This document shows, piece by piece, positions 40,428-52,089 of a DNA stretch of 64,000 nucleotides. The notes under the pieces were generated by a model that worked only from the letters and a program-made list of their open reading frames with translations, made no database searches and was not told where the DNA came from. Made by a program: the position numbers and the translations under genes. Numbering within the stretch: the first letter of the stretch is position 1; each line of letters begins with the position of its first letter. This DNA is from an uncultured Nitrospiraceae bacterium (GTDB lineage: Bacteria > Nitrospirota > Thermodesulfovibrionia > Thermodesulfovibrionales > Dissulfurispiraceae). The stretch spans positions 362,949-426,948 of the forward strand of contig CAVPIW010000012.1 of NCBI GenBank assembly GCA_963705105.1, in the 5' to 3' direction.

Positions 40428-43400
40428 TCACTTGCCCTTCAGCCGTGTCATGGGATCACCGAAGAGGATCCAGGTTCTTCTGATGTCCTGGTCTGTTGTG
40501 GCCGCCTTGGCTTTCATCGTCGCCTCCCCGAGGGTAATGGCCCGGGTAGTGAAGAGCAGCCGCATCAGCTCCTTGTTCATCAGGAGCTGACCTTCCGGCT
40601 CCGTCAGCCCCGAGGAGGCCCACACCGCGACGGCCCCTCCCTGTGGCGCCGTCAGCAGCGCCTCGGCCAGACTCCGGGTGTACAGGTCATGAAAGGCCCC
40701 GTTCAGGCAGGTCATGGCCACCACAAAGGGCAGACGCGCCCCGTTGATCAGACCGTCTGCATCATCGGAGCTGAGAATACCTCCCCGCCAGAGCCCGACG
40801 GAGCCGTGGCCGATATAGGTGACCAGCGACGGTCCCTGGTCGATGCTGCTGAGGACCTCCTGTCTCGCCTCCCCGTCGCTCTGGAAGCGGCCCCGGAAGA
40901 CCTCGTGAACAGGCATTGAGACGGGCAGCAGTCCCTCGATCTCCCGGGCCGCCGCCTCGAAGTCGAAGCCCTCACGTGTATCGGCCACAAACACGGCCCC
41001 GTTCATCCCGACGGGCCGCTCATGCCACTGGATCTTCGCAACAACGGCTGCAGCTTCCTCTTTGGTTCTCACCGGCAGGCGCCCCACCGCCATCTCCGGC
41101 AACCCGTCGTCGTTGAAATCGGTAAACCAGTCGTCGGAGGCCGTCTCCAGGTATTGGGTGTCGATCAGTTTCGTCGGCACGAGGTCATGCTCGCCGAAGC
41201 CCAGGTAGTTGCGGGGGTCCACGCTGGCGTCTCCCACGAGGAGCACAACACGCGGGGGCCTGCGCCACTGCTTTTTGGCAAGGCTGAGGAACTCCCGGAT
41301 CACCCGGGGGTCGTTCGCTCCGAAGCTGAACTCGTCGTAGAGGTCTTCGACATCAACGAAGGCGACGGAGAGTCCCTGGGACTGTCGCAGTCTCATCAGG
41401 GGCTGCAGGGCATCCCGGAAGTCCCTGTGGGAGATGATGACAAGATCGGCGCCGCTGTTCGGGGACGACCAGGAGGAGGGACTGTTGGCCTTGATCATCA
41501 CGGGCTTGCCGACCTTGTTTCCGGTGAAGGCAAACAGTGTCCGGGTGCCGCTGCCGGGCGTCGTGAAGGTGACGGTATATCCTGTTTCATCGGACCGGGC
41601 AGCCCCGGCGATCTCATACATCAGGTCCGGAGTGGTGATGTCGATGACCCGGATGTCGGCACTGCGGAAGCCGTCAATGGTGACGGGCGCCCCTGCATCG
41701 GCGGTGCATGTCAGGGTGTCGTCATCGGCCCTGTAGGTGCGCTGGTAGGTCAGCCGGACCTGGTCGAGGAGGCTGACGTCGGTTTCTCCGTTTCCTGCCC
41801 TGAGGCTCAGGAGGTTGTCTCCGTCCAGGAGCGATTCCCGAGGGATCGGTATCTGTGCCGTCACATTGGTCTGCCCGTCAAAGACCACCTCTCCCGCTTC
41901 TTCGTCATTGAGCAGGATACTGACCCGGTGCGGGATGGTCGTCACCCCTTGCAGGACGACTTCCAGCAGGGCGTCTCCTTGTGCCGAAGGGGAAGGGGAG
42001 GGGACGTGCAGGAGCCGGTCCACCCCGGAGGGGCCGATGACGGGACCGAAGAAGTTCTCCTTCTCCCCGTTTCTCAGGGCTGCAAAGTAGATCGTCCGGT
42101 CTTTCTTCCGGATCGTGAAGGGGAAACTTCCCGTCACCGGCTGACCTCCCCGGCTTCTCCATGCATGAAGCCGTTTGCCCGTTGTCGATCCTGCCATGAG
42201 CCAGTAGACCTTCCTGTCCGTCCAGGGCGTGTCGGTCCCCGTGCCGTAGAACTCGATCGCATCGAAGGAGGAACGACCGTCCCCGGCGGCAACGAGACGA
42301 AAAGGCTGCTCCCTGCCGTCGGCAAAGAGCTGCAGACCCCGGAGATTCGTGCCCGTACGGAAGCCTGCCGCTGCCAGCTCGGACTGCCCGATGCGGTACC
42401 AGCCCTCATGATCGATGACGATCTTCACCGTCCGGCCGGAGGCGAGGATTTTCTGCATGGTCCTGTCCTCTGCCGATGTTCCCTCCGCCGCTGTGCGGGC
42501 CGTCTTCTCTGCAGGGGCCGGCGTCTTTGCGATCGTCTGCCGGGAGGATAACGGGGTCTTTGTGCTCATCCCGCCGGAGGGCAGGAGGTCTCTGTCCTTC
42601 CTGGGAGAACTCTCAATCCTCTGCCGGAGATCCCGGAGCCGTTCTTCTTCCCTGTATCTGCCGTCCATCTTCATGCCGAAGTCCCTCAGGAAGCCGGGCC
42701 TGACCTTCTCGGGCAGGGGTGTGCCGGATGTGACGATAGGTACGGGGCCGTGCATCGTTGTCCTGCCGTCCAGGTCGATGTCTTCCAGCCAGTAGGCCAC
42801 CTTGCCCGTTTCCCGGGGGATGAGGTCCCACCACTGGTAGGACAGGCCCGCCCCGAGGGGTGTGCCGGCGCCCGCCAGCAGGGCCGAGCCTCCGATGAGC
42901 TCAGGGGTCAGGCGGTAGAGGTGCCCGCCCTCTTCACGGTAGACATGAAAGCCCAGGTTGTCCACTTCATGACCCGTTTTCCACTGCAGATGGACATCAC
43001 CCTCGTGCCCCGTTGCGGTGAAGGAGATGAGCTTGACGGCGGTGGGGGTCGCATACTCATAGGCGCCGATGTCGTAGCCCGTCCCCTGTGGTCTCATGGC
43101 GCCGCGCTGGTCTGTGGCAGGGGCGCCGGTGGCCGTCCCCGCGTCGATGGCGGGACTGCCGGCAAGCAATGCATGTGTCTGGGTCGGTCCGCCGTTGTCT
43201 GCCAGAGCCCCCAGATTGGGGTTGGTGTTGGGCTTGTCGCCGGTGCCTGCGAGGAGGCAGGTGTTTGCACTGTCGATGTTGTAGCCCGCCGAGGTGATCG
43301 TCCCGGAACAATTGCCCCCCGTGTTGCTCGAGACTATCGTGTTCTTCAGAGTCGTTGTACCGGTGGCAGAGTTCAGTATGCCTCCACCAGTCGTGGCGGT

Positions 43401-46400
43401 GTTGGCGTCGATCGTCACATTTGTGAGAGTGAGCGTTTTTTGATTATAGATGCCTCCACCATTGCCGGTGGAGATATTCCCACTGATGGTGACATTGGTA
43501 AGAGTTCCTGCGACAGTCCCGTTGTAGTAAATGCCTCCGCCCCCAGCGCCAGTGTTCCCGCTGATAGTGCTACGAAGCATCGTCAGGGTGCCGGCGGGTT
43601 CGACATCGATCCCTCCCCCCTGCCCAGAGGTCGTGTTGTTTCTGACCGCAACATCGTTTAGGGTCAGAGTCCCCTGGTTGTAGATGCCGCCTCCTCTGCT
43701 CCCACCGGGGTTGCCGTTCTGAATCGTCATGCCTGACAGCGTGACGGTGCCGGTCACTACGTGAAACACCCGGTCGAGGCCGCCGCCGTCGATGATGGTG
43801 ACCTTCGCACCCTCTCCGGTGATGGTCATGCTGGAGCGGATGTCCAGGTCACCCGTGGCGTTGTTGTCTTCGCCCTGCCCTGCGATGCTCAGGGTGTAGG
43901 TGCCTGCCGGCACGACGATCGTCTTGCCCGTCGTCGCGTTGGCCGCAGTAATGCACGCGCGCAGTGACGAGGTTCCCGAGTCGGCTGTGGTGGTGACGGT
44001 GAAGCCGGGACAGGTGCCCGCACCCGCGGTCACCGTGTAGTTCGGCCCGAACTCGGAGGTGTTGTTGCTCGTATCCGTGGCAGTACCGGTGATCTTGTAG
44101 CCCGGCGCCATGCCGATGACCGTCAGACTGCCGCTGAGGTTGCCGTTGGCATCGGCCGTCAGTGAGCCGAGATACGAGCTGCCCCTCGCCGTACCCGCTG
44201 CCGTCGTTGTCGGACCGGAAGATCTCGACCCGTGCGCCTGCAAAAGCGCTCTGCCCCGGTAAGCTCCCCACATATCCCGCCACGGTCAGTGTGGAGCCCG
44301 ATACCGACGCAGAGGTGAAGACAGGATAGTCCATCAACAGGTTGGGTTGGTTAGCGGTCTTCGCACCGTCGTTCACCGTGACGCCGTTGTCGCCCAGGTC
44401 GATGCCGATACTCCAATTACCGTAGATGGCATTGCCAAGAATCGCGTTGCCTACGGTAGCGCTGCCGGCGTTAATGACTACACCCTTCTGGGTGTTCCAC
44501 GCGATGAGGTTCCCGGCCGCCGCCGTCGTCCCGCCGATGGTGTTGTCGTGCGCCCCATTGTCGATGTAGATCCCATAGACGGTATTCGGAATGGAACGGG
44601 TCTTCGTGACATCCGTGCCTATCGCATTTCCGAGAATCTGAGTACCGGTGGCGCCGGAGCCGTACAAGTAGATGCCGTGCCGGCCGCTGCCGCCGATCAG
44701 GTTTCCGGCTCCTGCGGTCGCGCCGCCGATGGTCGTGTTCACGGAACCGTCGATGACGATCCCGTCGGTCCCGTTGGCGATAACCGTATCGCCCGCAGCA
44801 TTCGTTCCGATATAGTTCCCCTGCACCACATTGAGGCTGGAGCTCCCTCCGATGTAGATCCCCTGGTATGTGTTTCCGGCGATCACATTCCGGTCGACTG
44901 CCGAGGTCCCTCCGATCTGGCAACCGTTGGCGCCGCCGATGAGATAGACTCCCTTGGCGCCGTTGCCCGAGGCAGTGGTTCCAGGTGCATTCGTTCCGAT
45001 ATGGTTTCCGGCGATGATATTGTTGTCGCCGCCGCTGACCTGGATCCCGTCACCGGGAAACCGGTTGATGGTGAAACCGCGGATTGCGCTGTTCGATGAC
45101 GTGATCTGCAGGCCGACCGAGCCGGCACCGGCATTCGTACCGTTCAGTTCGATGATTGGGGCACTCGTCCATCCCGGCTGTTTCTGCGCGTTGATGGCCA
45201 TCGTTGTGCTGATCGGTGGGAGTGCCGAGGTGGGGCTGATGGTGGCCACACCGCCGCTGAAGTAGTTGTTGGAGGACCGCAGTCCCGCTGCCGCCGTCCC
45301 GTTGCTGATCATGAACACGGCGTTTTCCTTCACGTCCACCAAACCCGATTGATGCAGCGAGCCGTCGCCCCCCAGAGTATTGGCGTTCGTGATGAACTGA
45401 CGCAGGCTCCCCTGCCCGCTGTCGTTGGTATTAACGATGGTGTCGAAGTTGAAGCCGAAGTCGACGCCGGTCACATTGGACGAGCTGGTAGTGACAGGGG
45501 CAAAGGCATGGGCCTTTCCTGAACCGCTGCCGGAGAAAACACCCGTTGAGCTGTTGAGTACCCAGCCCGACGCCGCATTACCGGCATCCGCCGTGGCCGG
45601 GTCGTGTCCGCCGACGTAGTCGGTTACATCCACGGCACTGCCGCTCGTAGCGTTCGTCCGATAGGTCATCACCGGGGTGGCGGGTCCGCCACGCGACGAG
45701 GTCACGCTGGAGCTCACCACGCGAACTATATAGTTGCCGGCGGCAAGTCCATTGAATGCGTAGTCGCCGTTCGGGCTGTTCGTAGTCGTAGAGGTGATGT
45801 ACGCACCCGTGCTGCCGTTGAACAACTCGACCCGGGCAGTCGGGCGGGCCGAGCCTCCGTTGCCCAAGGCTGTACTCAGGTTCCGTCCTGCCCCGCCTCC
45901 GTAGTTCACGTCCTCGAATACGGTGCCGGAAATCCCCAGCGTTATAACCGTGAAGTTCGGCCCGAACTCCGACGTGTTGGTGCTCCCATCCGTCGCGGTT
46001 CCTGTAATCTTGTCCCCGACATTCAATCCACTGACCGTCAGGGACCCGCTGAAGTTGCCGTTGGCATCCGCGGTAAGGAACCCCAGATAGAGCTGCCCCT
46101 CTCCGTAACCGCTGCCGTCATTGTCGGACCGGAAGATCTCGACGCGGGCGCCTGCAAAGGCACTCTGGTTCGGTGCATTGCCCACGTACCCCGCCACGGT
46201 CAAAGTCGAGCCCGTCAGGCTGGCTGACGTGAAAACGGGGTAGTCCATTAACAGGTTGGGTTGGTTGCTAGTCTTCGCACCGTCGTTTATTGTGACTCCG
46301 TTGTTGCCCAGGTCGATGCCTATGCCGCCATTGCCGTAAATTGCGTTGCCAAGGACCGCGTTCCCAGGGGTAGAGGCTCCCTGGACGATCACCCCCTGTA

Positions 46401-48102
46401 AGCGGTTCCCTGAAACGATATTGCCGGCCCCGGTGGCGGTCCCGCCGATGGTGTTGGAGGCCCCGTTGATCAAGATGCCGTATTGGTTCTCTACGGCTCC
46501 TGTCCGTGCAGCGTTCGTGCCGATGGAGTTGCCTTGAATCATGTTCCCGCTGCTCACGATGTAAATGCCGTACATGATATTCCCGGAGATAGTGTTACCG
46601 GCCCCGGCGATAGTCCCTCCGATCGTGTTGGTCGGACCATTGACCGCAATGCCGTTGCTGTTGGGAATGGCCGCGGTCCCGGCCGCGTTCAGGCCGACAT
46701 AATTGCCGAGGATGACGTTGCCCGTTGAGGATGCACCGTTGATATAGATGCCACTCTGTGACGCAATCCCTCCGATGACGTTGCGGTCGGCCGGCGTCGT
46801 GCCCCCGACTGTATTGTTCGACGAGTTTTCGATCCCCACGCCGCCGAACATCTGAATGGGGGCGGCCGCTGTTCCGGCGGCATTCAGGTTCAGATAGTTC
46901 CCTGCAACCACGCTTCCGCTGCTGCCGTTCAGCTCGACCCCGTACCAGTTCTGAAAGTTGTTGATGACGAAGCCCCGGACAATACTGGCGCCACCGGTGA
47001 TCTTGAGGCCGGAGGCCGTGGACGCATTGGTTCCGTCCAGTTCGATCTCCGGCCCCAGGGTGTTGGTGTTCCCCTGGCTGGTGGTCTGGGTCGTTCCGTC
47101 GATGACGGTGCCGGCGGCGGTGATCGTTGGCAGGGCCGAAGCTGGGCTGATTCGCCACCACGAGTCGCCGCCCGAGCTCTGATTGCCGGGCCCCGGAATG
47201 TTGAATGAAATCGTAGTGCCTGGACTGCCGTTGGCCCTGTTGATGCACTCCCGCAACGACCCGCTGCCGGTATCGGCTGTTGTAGTGACCCTGTTGGCGT
47301 AACAGAGGGATGCGACCTTGATCTCAACGGCAATCCCGCCGATGTGGGAGACAGCGCTCTGGGTGACATTAACGGTGGTGCTCCCCGTCGCTCTCCATTC
47401 CGCTCTAATACTGGTGTTCGGCGTACTGTAGGCGGCCCCTGTGAAGGCGGTATAGCCCGTCCCCGCCGAGATCGATGTGGCGCTGTTCACCATGTTGGAG
47501 AAGCCGCCGGCGGTCGCGTTTGTCGGGTCACCGAGCGCTGCGAGTGATATCGACAGACCTGCAGCAGCCGACGCACTATCTGTTCGACCGGTGACGCTCT
47601 GCACTATCGCACCGGAGCCGTTCGTCCCCGATGTGTCAACACCGCTGAACCGCTCGATCGCCCAGGCGCATCCGGTCTGGCTGGCGCCGAAGCTTATGGT
47701 CACCGCCCCTGCTGTGGGTGCGGCGCCCATTGCCCTGAAAAGAGTGGTTCGTGCTGTGGGTGCCGCTATGGTTCCCCAGGTGACGGTAGCGACCTGGACC
47801 CAGGTCAGGCCATTGCCGGATAGCGTGGGAGTGTCGGGCGTGGTTGCCTTTGTATTTGTAACCCAGGCAAGGACGAGATTGTTGGCCGTTGGTGTGATGG
47901 AAGCGGTCGTGTATGAGGCTTGATTAGTAGTGCTGCCGGCGGCGGCTAAATGCGTTCCGCCGACCGCCGCAAAGCTCGTGGCAGGATAAAGGACCGGAAT
48001 GACGGCCAGAGACAAGAGGAGACAGATTATAGTAACGCTGATCCGCATCCCCGCTCGGAACCGGGAAATCCCACGGGGATGCCATGGAAAATGTTTTTTC
48101 AA
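40428..48102 (-). CDS. Giant secreted beta-helix repeat protein with C-terminal C25 (gingipain-type) cysteine peptidase, ~2,560 aa; apparent +1 frameshift at 44175
   Basis: GGAGG + TTG start, signal peptide ending ATSFA; repeated [12 protein letters not shown] and beta-helix modules; choice-of-anchor-Q-like ([11 protein letters not shown]...DIGAYE); PTAVKLISF domain; C25 motifs LLVGD, VGRLP, YIGHG, MTCLNG, LFGDP. Confidence 0.85.
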
Positions 48103-48501
48103 TGTGCCTCCACGATCGGGGGGACCGCCTGAAAACGTCTGAGCCGTCTCCCTTGGCGCAGGAGGATTCACCCCTCCTTCCTGGAGAATATATCTGTATC
48201 TCATGACGCACCTCCGGCTTTGCATATGTATCCGTATCTATATATCGAGAATACAGCAGGATATCTTTAGTGATTTCGCTCACGGGTTTCGGTTCCGGGC
48301 ATTATCCGCAATAGTTTGTCAGTGCATCGTATGGGAATGAATGGCATTTTCCTTAAACGTCAATAGATTCGAAGCCATATGGAGAGGGGAAGCAACTAAT
48401 GTACCACTGATGTTTGCTGCTGCAAAGGAGCACGCGAAGTTGGTTGAAGGAATTCGGGGACTGAGAAACCTGCGGGTAAGAGGATGAACCGTATTGCGGG
48501 T

Positions 48502-48588
48502 TGTCATTCCGGCTTGCCCGGAATCCTTCTTGTTTTTCAGAAGGATTGCCGGCGCCCCCGCATTACGTGCGGGGTTGCGGCAATGACA
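48502..48588. repeat. TGTC-tagged REP doublet (empty copy)
   Basis: tgtcattccggcttgcccggaatcc...ggattgccgg...cggcaatgaca. Confidence 0.85.
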
Positions 48589-48830
48589 GTGTTATAGGGA
48601 TTTCATTAACGGAGTAATAAATCCGGGGGATGAGGAAGATGGTTGGAAAAGTCCTTTATGCGGCGGCTATGGTCTCGCAGTATGCCGCAAACTGATACGC
48701 CTGGTGACAAAAATCGTCACATCAATGCCTACCTCAGGTCCTCACGCGAAACTGAAAAGCGCACAAAGAAAGACAGAATGCCTGGTGGATGATTAGTTTC
48801 AAAAGAGCGATATTTAAAGAAAAGAGTGAG

Positions 48831-48865
48831 TTGACGAACAGTTTGTAATTACATTATAATAACAT
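48831..48865 (+). promoter_or_regulatory. Promoter and palindromic operator of the toxin-antitoxin operon
   Basis: TTGACG-N18-TATAAT with perfect palindrome TGTAATTACA (48844-48853) in the spacer. Confidence 0.7.
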
Positions 48866-48890
48866 TAAGTTGTATTCCAGGGAGGAAGTC

Positions 48891-49139
48891 ATGAAGGTAA
48901 ATGTCATAACGATCGGTAATTCAAAGGGGATCAGAATACCGAAAGCGATACTTGAGCAGTGCGACTTCACCGATCAGGCCGATCTCGAAGTCAGGGACAG
49001 CAAGCTTATCATTGCGCCGGTCAGGAGAAAGCCGCGAGAGGGATGGAGCGAGGCCTTCAAGTCGATGAAAAGGAGGGGAGAAGACAGACTTGTGGTCGAT
49101 GATTCCATTGACTTGGAGATGAAGGGGTGGGAGTGGTAG
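48891..49139 (+). CDS. mazE: AbrB/MazE-type antitoxin
   Basis: IGNSKGIRIPK...PREGW; GGAGG RBS. Confidence 0.9.
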   Translation: MKVNVITIGNSKGIRIPKAILEQCDFTDQADLEVRDSKLIIAPVRRKPREGWSEAFKSMKRRGEDRLVVDDSIDLEMKGWEW

Positions 49140-49140
49140 C

Positions 49141-49455
49141 ATGCAATATCATGTGTACCTGGTAAATCTCGATCCCACGATCGGCCACGAGATAAGGAAA
49201 ACCCGGCCTTGTCTCGTCGTCTCTCCCGACGAGATGAACGAACACCTGAGTACCGTTATTATTGCACCCATGACGACGAAATCCCACAAGTACCCGACGA
49301 GAATCAAGATCCGTTTCAGCGGCAAGGACGGCTGGATTGTCCTGGATCAACTGAGAACGGTTGACCGGAGACGCCTGGTCAAAGAACTGGGTATCATTGA
49401 CGATCAGGCTGTGCGGGAGGTGAAAGAAGTGATCAGGGAGATGCTCGTCGATTAG
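49141..49455 (+). CDS. mazF: PemK/MazF-type toxin
   Basis: LDPTIGHEIRKTRPCLVVS, APMT, DQLRTVD. Confidence 0.92.
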   Translation: MQYHVYLVNLDPTIGHEIRKTRPCLVVSPDEMNEHLSTVIIAPMTTKSHKYPTRIKIRFSGKDGWIVLDQLRTVDRRRLVKELGIIDDQAVREVKEVIREMLVD

Positions 49456-49949
49456 TCCCCTGACACGTTCCTTGCCTTCTGCCGGACCCATCGCCAGGAC
49501 CGGACAGCAGAGCACAGAAGCCCCATGCGGCTCATGAATCCTATCGCGAACCGCTCCATGCCCAGGCCGAGATAAATCCTCCTGCCGTTTCTCTCTATCT
49601 GCCGAACGCAGCCCAACACATCATTCTTCGGGATGAGGCAATCAGGCTCTGAAGCGTTATCTCCTCTTGTGAGATATTGATTCCCCTTCCTGCCGACGAC
49701 CCTGTGGATGATCAGTTTTCCCGTCCGCAGGCATTGAAAAGCGACGAGACGTCCGAAGGCTATTGAGACATCCCCGAGCGGCGAAAGGGTGACGGTGTCA
49801 CCATCCTCCAGGAAAGGTGACATGCTGTGACCTTTCGCGCGGAACTTGCAGCAAGATCCCTTTGCGAGTATATCCCGGAGGAGTTCACTGAGCAGGTCAT
49901 GGCTCATGATGACCGGTGGCGAGGTCATGCTATTGCCACGGTTCTTCAA
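49452..49949 (-). CDS. S24/S26-family peptidase (Ser-His type)
   Basis: GHSMSPFL, IIHRV, TRGDN; no N-terminal TM anchor; GGAGGAG RBS before TTG. Confidence 0.82.
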   Translation of the reverse strand: MKNRGNSMTSPPVIMSHDLLSELLRDILAKGSCCKFRAKGHSMSPFLEDGDTVTLSPLGDVSIAFGRLVAFQCLRTGKLIIHRVVGRKGNQYLTRGDNASEPDCLIPKNDVLGCVRQIERNGRRIYLGLGMERFAIGFMSRMGLLCSAVRSWRWVRQKARNVSGD

Positions 49950-49975
49950 ATTGGCTCCTCCGGCTTTTGTGTGGG

Positions 49976-50362
49976 TGTCATTCCGGCTTGTCCGGAATCC
50001 TTCCGGCGATATCTTCGTAAAGATCCCTCATGGTGGGATTGCTCTGCTTGATGAGCTCGATTTTCTCTTGTCTGCTCATGTTCTTTATTTGCTTTTCCCT
50101 GATAACGGCGCTACGGCCGTTGCCACAGAACTCGAAAAAAACGAGCCTATGTAAGAAATATTTGGCGGTGAAACATTTCGGATTGAGGCGGTTCTTATGC
50201 TCATAGATCCTTCGCACGAGATTATTCGTTACACCGACATAGAGAGTCGGCCTGGCATTGGCCACAATATACACCGCAAAAATCTTCTCCATGGTCCAGC
50301 CTTTAGATCAGAAGGATTCCGGACCGATCCTCGACAATGCGAGGACAAGAGCCGGAATGACA
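49976..50362. mobile_element. REP-flanked GIY-YIG cassette (candidate autonomous element)
   Basis: Left arm tgtcattccggcttgtccggaatcc (49976-50000) and right arm gaaggattccgg...ccggaatgaca (50311-50362) bracket the nuclease gene. Confidence 0.6.
49978..50292 (-). CDS. Small GIY-YIG nuclease
   Basis: AVYIV...[16 protein letters not shown]...FTAKY...REKQIK...NP. Confidence 0.88.
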   Translation of the reverse strand: MEKIFAVYIVANARPTLYVGVTNNLVRRIYEHKNRLNPKCFTAKYFLHRLVFFEFCGNGRSAVIREKQIKNMSRQEKIELIKQSNPTMRDLYEDIAGRIPDKPE

Positions 50363-50437
50363 GAAAACAAGGCCTTCATGTCAGCGCATGCACTCCATTT
50401 ACCCACAGGATTCCGTGACAAATCTTCAATTTCAAGC

Positions 50438-51322
50438 CTAAAGATAGCCCCCTGCATCGTCAATGAATGCGACCACCCTCTTGTCCGGCACGAACCTCAG
50501 CTCATGACACGGGACGCTTTCTGCCACGTCCTGGAGAAAACCGAGGGTGAAGGAGAGACCTGCGGGGTCATAAAAGAGGACAAAAGAGCGCGCAAAGAGG
50601 CCGCTTACGGCATCGGCCGTCTGTTGCGGGACGAGTTCGTTTTCCCGTCCGTGCCGCAGGAGATAAATCCCTGTCAAAGGGGTTCTGACGGGTGAGGAAA
50701 GCCTCGCGTCGCCGTGCCAGGGCGTCCCGTACATCCATATCCTGCCGTCCACCTTCCGCAGGACGATCCGGTCATCGCTGAGGACAGTCACTCCCGGTTC
50801 GTCCTGCCAGAGCCCCGCCATTGTTGTCTTACCGTCGCCGGACTGTCCCGTGAAGAGATGTCCCCGCCCCGAGGAATCGATAAGGCCGCAGGCATGGATC
50901 TCGACGCCTCTGCCCAGGGCGAGGTGATTGATCAGGATGAGCTCATCGAGCGGGTATTCCAGCGGATAAACGGGCACGGCCGGATCAAAAGAGGAGCGGT
51001 TGAGCAGGACCTTTCCCCGTGTATAATCCCTGATCATCAGGGCTGCCTTATACGGGACGGGACCGGAGAGGGGTGAGCGGAACAGGAAGAGATACGATTC
51101 ATCATGATCGTAAAGCTGCCATGCCGATCCCGAATCGAAGATCTTCCGGTTGCCCGCATCCAGAATCGTGAGATCATCCCATGCCGTTTCGATGATCACA
51201 TCGGGATCGGGTTCGTGAACGACGAAGTCCCGAAGCGGACCGCCGGCATGCAGTTGCAGGGACGGGTCTGCGCTGATGATCGACAATGTCACATCGGCGA
51301 TACGAATACCTAATTGTTGCAT
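50438..51322 (-). CDS. HPr-kinase-related P-loop protein (putative peptide kinase)
   Basis: IHACG, GQSGDGKTT Walker A, LSDDRIVLR, GTPWHG. Confidence 0.75.
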   Translation of the reverse strand: MQQLGIRIADVTLSIISADPSLQLHAGGPLRDFVVHEPDPDVIIETAWDDLTILDAGNRKIFDSGSAWQLYDHDESYLFLFRSPLSGPVPYKAALMIRDYTRGKVLLNRSSFDPAVPVYPLEYPLDELILINHLALGRGVEIHACGLIDSSGRGHLFTGQSGDGKTTMAGLWQDEPGVTVLSDDRIVLRKVDGRIWMYGTPWHGDARLSSPVRTPLTGIYLLRHGRENELVPQQTADAVSGLFARSFVLFYDPAGLSFTLGFLQDVAESVPCHELRFVPDKRVVAFIDDAGGYL

Positions 51323-51361
51323 AGAACCTTTGGAAAGATGGGGCGAAGATGCCACCATAAC

Positions 51362-51393
51362 AGTCATTAAGTCACTCAGTCATTGAGTCATTC
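51362..51393. repeat. Octamer tandem repeat (AGTCAYTN x4)
   Basis: agtcatta agtcactc agtcattg agtcattc; same unit at 54881. Confidence 0.75.
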
Positions 51394-51420
51394 ATGGATA
51401 GTCGGAACGAACACCCATGC

Positions 51421-51675
51421 GGGAAGGCTGATGTGGTGAAAAGCCTTTCCGCTAAGATACCTTATTCATCACCAGACCACCCTTTGCCGTGTCGATTGAT
51501 ACCAAAAGCCCGTCAGGCAACAGTCGCTGAACACCTTGAGATGTCTCATCATCGCATTGGAAAGGCGTTGAACCATATCTGCCCTCCCGGAAGCAGCGGT
51601 CGTGACACTGACACTGACACTCACACTGTCACTGACACTGTTTTCAGAGCACTTCGTCCCGCCTTTTCATGCAAC
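51421..51675. repeat. Family B element (51421-51588) plus family A half with hexamers (51604-51675)
   Basis: Inverted copy of 8589-8757, then gacactgacact...ccgccttttcatgcaac. Confidence 0.85.
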
Positions 51676-51785
51676 TGCAAGGTATGGAGAGCGTCGGGAA
51701 CTTGTGCGTCGACGTCTCCATGGGCGTCCTGCCTGCTCTTTGCAGACATTCCTTCGCTGATCCGGGGGAGGGTGTCAAGCCTGTC

Positions 51786-51968
51786 TCATGAAGAGATGGT
51801 GACGCAGCTCATGGGTGTCGTGCATTGCGCCTGCAGCGCGCCTGCACTGACGGCGGTCTTGCAGGCCGCGAGCACCGCTTCTTCCGGTCTCAAATGGACC
51901 TGTTTGATTTCAGGTTTCACATAGGGTTTTTTCGGTCTTTTTGCATTCTGTTGATTACTTTCACTCAT
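51786..51968 (-). CDS. Putative RiPP precursor peptide, 60 aa
   Basis: AGGAGG RBS; leader with KKPYVKPEI (YxxP); EEAVL then Ala/Ser/Thr-rich core with Cys36/49/55 and terminal SS; lies between rSAM-SPASM and kinase. Confidence 0.8.
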   Translation of the reverse strand: MSESNQQNAKRPKKPYVKPEIKQVHLRPEEAVLAACKTAVSAGALQAQCTTPMSCVTISS

Positions 51969-52089
51969 CTCTCCTCCTACTCATAAAAAAGCACGGTGAA
52001 GCATCTTAAAGATGTCTCACGCAAAGTCGCAAAGAGCGCAAAGAAAGAAACATCTTCTATCACATATCGGGACGTTCGGGGGACGGCCC

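Noticed and set aside
48110..48830. c-di-GMP riboswitch or sigma54 promoter upstream of the C25 gene
   Set aside because: No convincing GEMM consensus or TGGCAC-N5-TTGC found by eye; an Infernal scan would be needed to exclude it.
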